Shown here: positions 62,171 to 64,000 of the stretch, piece after piece
Position numbering within the stretch: the first letter of the stretch is position 1
Layout: every line of letters begins with the position of its first letter
Source of the DNA: a virus
Lineage: Duplodnaviria; Caudoviricetes
Length of the DNA stretch: 64,000 nt
IMG/VR virus record: IMGVR_UViG_2513237141_000002
Location: 5,308 to 69,307 of that record
Direction: 5' to 3' (one strand)
Made by a program: the position numbers and the translations under genes
Notes under the pieces: model-generated
Told to the model about the DNA's origin: nothing
The model's database searches: none
The model's input: only the letters and a program-made list of their open reading frames with translations

Positions 62171-62416
62171 TTATGAACGGCGCTCAAGATCGGCGACAAG
62201 CTTTCGCACGTCTACCTTCGGCCGTTCGCTCATTACAGGGCCTTCCGTGGCGCGGCCACTTTCTATCTCGTCCATAGCCTTGTTTATTTCAGCGCAAATC
62301 TCTTCTGCGGTCGCAGGCTTATCGCCGCGCGTGATCTTGAAATTCACAAGTTTCCGGTTCGGATCGCCGAATAGCCTATCCTGAAGGCGCTTTTGTTCCG
62401 GTCCCATGTGTTCCAT
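62171..62416 (-). CDS. hypothetical protein
   Basis: ORF in the leftward cluster. Confidence 0.65.
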   Translation of the reverse strand: MEHMGPEQKRLQDRLFGDPNRKLVNFKITRGDKPATAEEICAEINKAMDEIESGRATEGPVMSERPKVDVRKLVADLERRS

Positions 62417-62418
62417 CC

Positions 62419-62514
62419 CTATTTAAGAAAACCGGCCAGCAAGACAAACCATCGTCGAAAGAAGCCTCGCTGTTTCGGTCGATATCGGTAGTGCCTTAAG
62501 TTCGGATTTGTCAC
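62419..62514 (-). CDS. small basic peptide
   Basis: Manual translation MTNPNLRHYRYRPKQRGFFRRWFVLLAGFLK (GTG start). Confidence 0.45.
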   Translation of the reverse strand: MTNPNLRHYRYRPKQRGFFRRWFVLLAGFLK

Positions 62515-62527
62515 GGTTCACCCCTGT

Positions 62528-62719
62528 TTATGATTGCTGAAGTCTGCGAGCGCGGCGCGCTTTGATTTTCTCGATAGATGCTTTGACCTGGTCCAATTCT
62601 CCGTGCCGTAGCTTGCGACTCCTTGTGCCTCTATACGTCGCGTCAGAGGTGAACATTCCAGCGTCCTCTATGCCACACTCGATGAGGTCTTGCCGATCGG
62701 CGTCTGATTCATCGCCCAT
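62528..62719 (-). CDS. hypothetical protein
   Basis: GGGAG RBS. Confidence 0.6.
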   Translation of the reverse strand: MGDESDADRQDLIECGIEDAGMFTSDATYRGTRSRKLRHGELDQVKASIEKIKARRARRLQQS

Positions 62720-62748
62720 GTTCTACTCCCTTGTCCGTTGGTTGCTGT

Positions 62749-62949
62749 TTAAGACTGAACGAGACGGTTTTTATGGCGCTCGACCGCCTCGGCCGCGCGC
62801 TTGTCCTGCCGTTCGATGGCGCGATCCATGATCGTGCTCTTTGCCATCCGTTCTCGGCACGATACCAACAGCGCATCAACGTCGCACAAGTCCGATTCGA
62901 GCGAGGCAATATAGGCCCGAAGCTCGTTTATGTTTCTCTGCCAGCTCAC
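62749..62949 (-). CDS. coiled-coil hypothetical protein
   Basis: GGGAGG RBS, GTG start. Confidence 0.6.
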   Translation of the reverse strand: MSWQRNINELRAYIASLESDLCDVDALLVSCRERMAKSTIMDRAIERQDKRAAEAVERHKNRLVQS

Positions 62950-62964
62950 AGCTACCCTCCCTGC

Positions 62965-63111
62965 TCAGGATAGACCGTCAGAAGGCCATCGAGCGCGCCA
63001 TTCGAGACATCGTTCGCACTCATCAATCCATCCTCCGTCTTTGGTACCGCTGCCAACCGCCCGGCGCCATTGGTGCCCCAGCAACCAGCATATTAATTTC
63101 CGCAGCTTCAT
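62965..63111 (-). CDS. DUF1660-like small protein
   Basis: Manual translation MKLRKLICWLLGHQW...ECERC. Confidence 0.6.
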   Translation of the reverse strand: MKLRKLICWLLGHQWRRAVGSGTKDGGWIDECERCLEWRARWPSDGLS

Positions 63112-63124
63112 CGTCGTTCCTCGG

Positions 63125-63283
63125 TCAGAGCCGGCGGCGTGCGGCTAGCGATATCTGGCGCTTGCTCTCGCCGTCGAATTTAAATGCCTCAATGTCGCGG
63201 CCAAGGTGTTCGAGAATAAGCTCGATCACCTCGTCTTTTTCTTCCGGCGACAATTCAGAAAACTTCGGGTTCGTCAGTTCCAT
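63125..63283 (-). CDS. small hypothetical protein
   Basis: Manual translation MELTNPKFSELSPEEKDEVIELILEHL... Confidence 0.55.
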   Translation of the reverse strand: MELTNPKFSELSPEEKDEVIELILEHLGRDIEAFKFDGESKRQISLAARRRL

Positions 63284-63393
63284 GGCAAATCCTCGGTCAC
63301 GAAAATAGCTTTATGGCTTCGCCGACCAGAAAGCCCAGCGCTAGGCCGATGAAAAGTTGCGCTTGCCATGGCAGTCTCACGTCCGCTCTCCAT

Positions 63394-63537
63394 TCACGAA
63401 CGGCAACCGCGCCAGCGGCAGCCAAGAAGCCAGTCTAGCGCTCGACCAATATATCCGACTTCTCGACCGCATCGCTGGCAGCACCAATTTGGATGTCTGG
63501 TCCGGTATCGGATGTGACGAAAATTAGGATTGCTCAT
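63394..63537 (-). CDS. small Cys/Arg-rich protein
   Basis: Manual translation MSNPNFRHIRYRTRHPNWCCQRCG... Confidence 0.5.
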   Translation of the reverse strand: MSNPNFRHIRYRTRHPNWCCQRCGREVGYIGRALDWLLGCRWRGCRS

Positions 63538-63698
63538 TGCCAGTCTTCGGTCGCGTCATAGACGTATTGGTCATCTTCGTCGTCGGGCCCACCCCATGGC
63601 CAAACGTTCCATTGCTGCGCCCATTCCGCTGATGCGCGCATAAAGGAGCCCATATCGGCAAAATCACTCTTGCGAGGTTTGGGTGGTCGTTCCTTCAC
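63534..63698 (-). CDS. small hypothetical protein
   Basis: Manual translation MKERPPKPRKSDFADMGSFMRASAEW...; coupled overlaps. Confidence 0.5.
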   Translation of the reverse strand: MKERPPKPRKSDFADMGSFMRASAEWAQQWNVWPWGGPDDEDDQYVYDATEDWQ

Positions 63699-64000
63699 CT
63701 TGCGCCTCCATCGCCATTCGAGACGCGCGGGCCAATATTTGAAAGCGCGCCGATCGCTTGGGTGCGTTGGAGCCCATCGGCAGCGCTCCCTGTGATAATT
63801 TCTAAGGAGCGGCGCATGACCTCATGCTCATTCAAAATCTCCGGAAGGTTGATTGCTTCTAGAATCGACGAAACCTGCCTGCGCCAAATCCCCGCCATTC
63901 GCAGCCACTCCATTTCCTTAACCTCGTCGTTGTAACCTTGATAGATCGACGATCGCCAGAGGGCCCGAGCGCCGGCTTCGATCATTTCGTCAGGAATCAT
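63695..64000 (-). CDS. hypothetical protein
   Basis: MIPDEMIEAGARAL..., a common phage N-terminus; may extend beyond the window edge. Confidence 0.65.
   Translation of the reverse strand: MIPDEMIEAGARALWRSSIYQGYNDEVKEMEWLRMAGIWRRQVSSILEAINLPEILNEHEVMRRSLEIITGSAADGLQRTQAIGALSNIGPRVSNGDGGAR

Noticed and set aside
62417-62527. Possible tRNA in the intergenic gap
   Set aside because: No cloverleaf or T-loop GTTCGA context; the gap is explained by a small ORF

Overview
The window holds most of a temperate myovirus-type (contractile-tail) phage or prophage genome. The host is most likely an alphaproteobacterium of the Hyphomicrobiales/Bradyrhizobium type, inferred from GcrA- and GapR-like genes and TTGACA-N17/19-GCTATA promoters. 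Layout: (1) 1-7740, leftward early operon with ERF recombinase, YqaJ exonuclease, NinB, two HNH nucleases and many small ORFs. (2) 7770-9045, a lambda-like switch with PL, PR and a leaderless repressor promoter, six 19-bp operators (TCGCTAC-N5-GTAGCGA) and a candidate sRNA. (3) 9000-20250, rightward early/middle genes: a cluster of host cell-cycle regulator look-alikes (GcrA, CtrA-type winged helix, GapR-Rmf fusion, DnaA-C-like), a Mu Mom-like DNA modifier, RusA, a split primase-helicase and a GIY-YIG nuclease. (4) 20250-24540, accessory genes, including a self-contained antisense methyltransferase moron. (5) 24570-57019, morphogenesis: terminase, portal, protease/scaffold, capsid, a ~7.5 kb putative neck-appendage cassette with a polysaccharide-lyase-like domain, sheath, tube, frameshifted chaperone, TMP, baseplate and fibres. 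(6) 57059-60993, a membrane-anchored two-catalytic-domain endolysin followed by a phosphoesterase/HExxH/GNAT/DUF4406 cassette. (7) 60973-64000, leftward small ORFs. No integrase, DNA polymerase, tRNA, rRNA or CRISPR array was seen. All family assignments come from reading motifs by eye; no database search was run.
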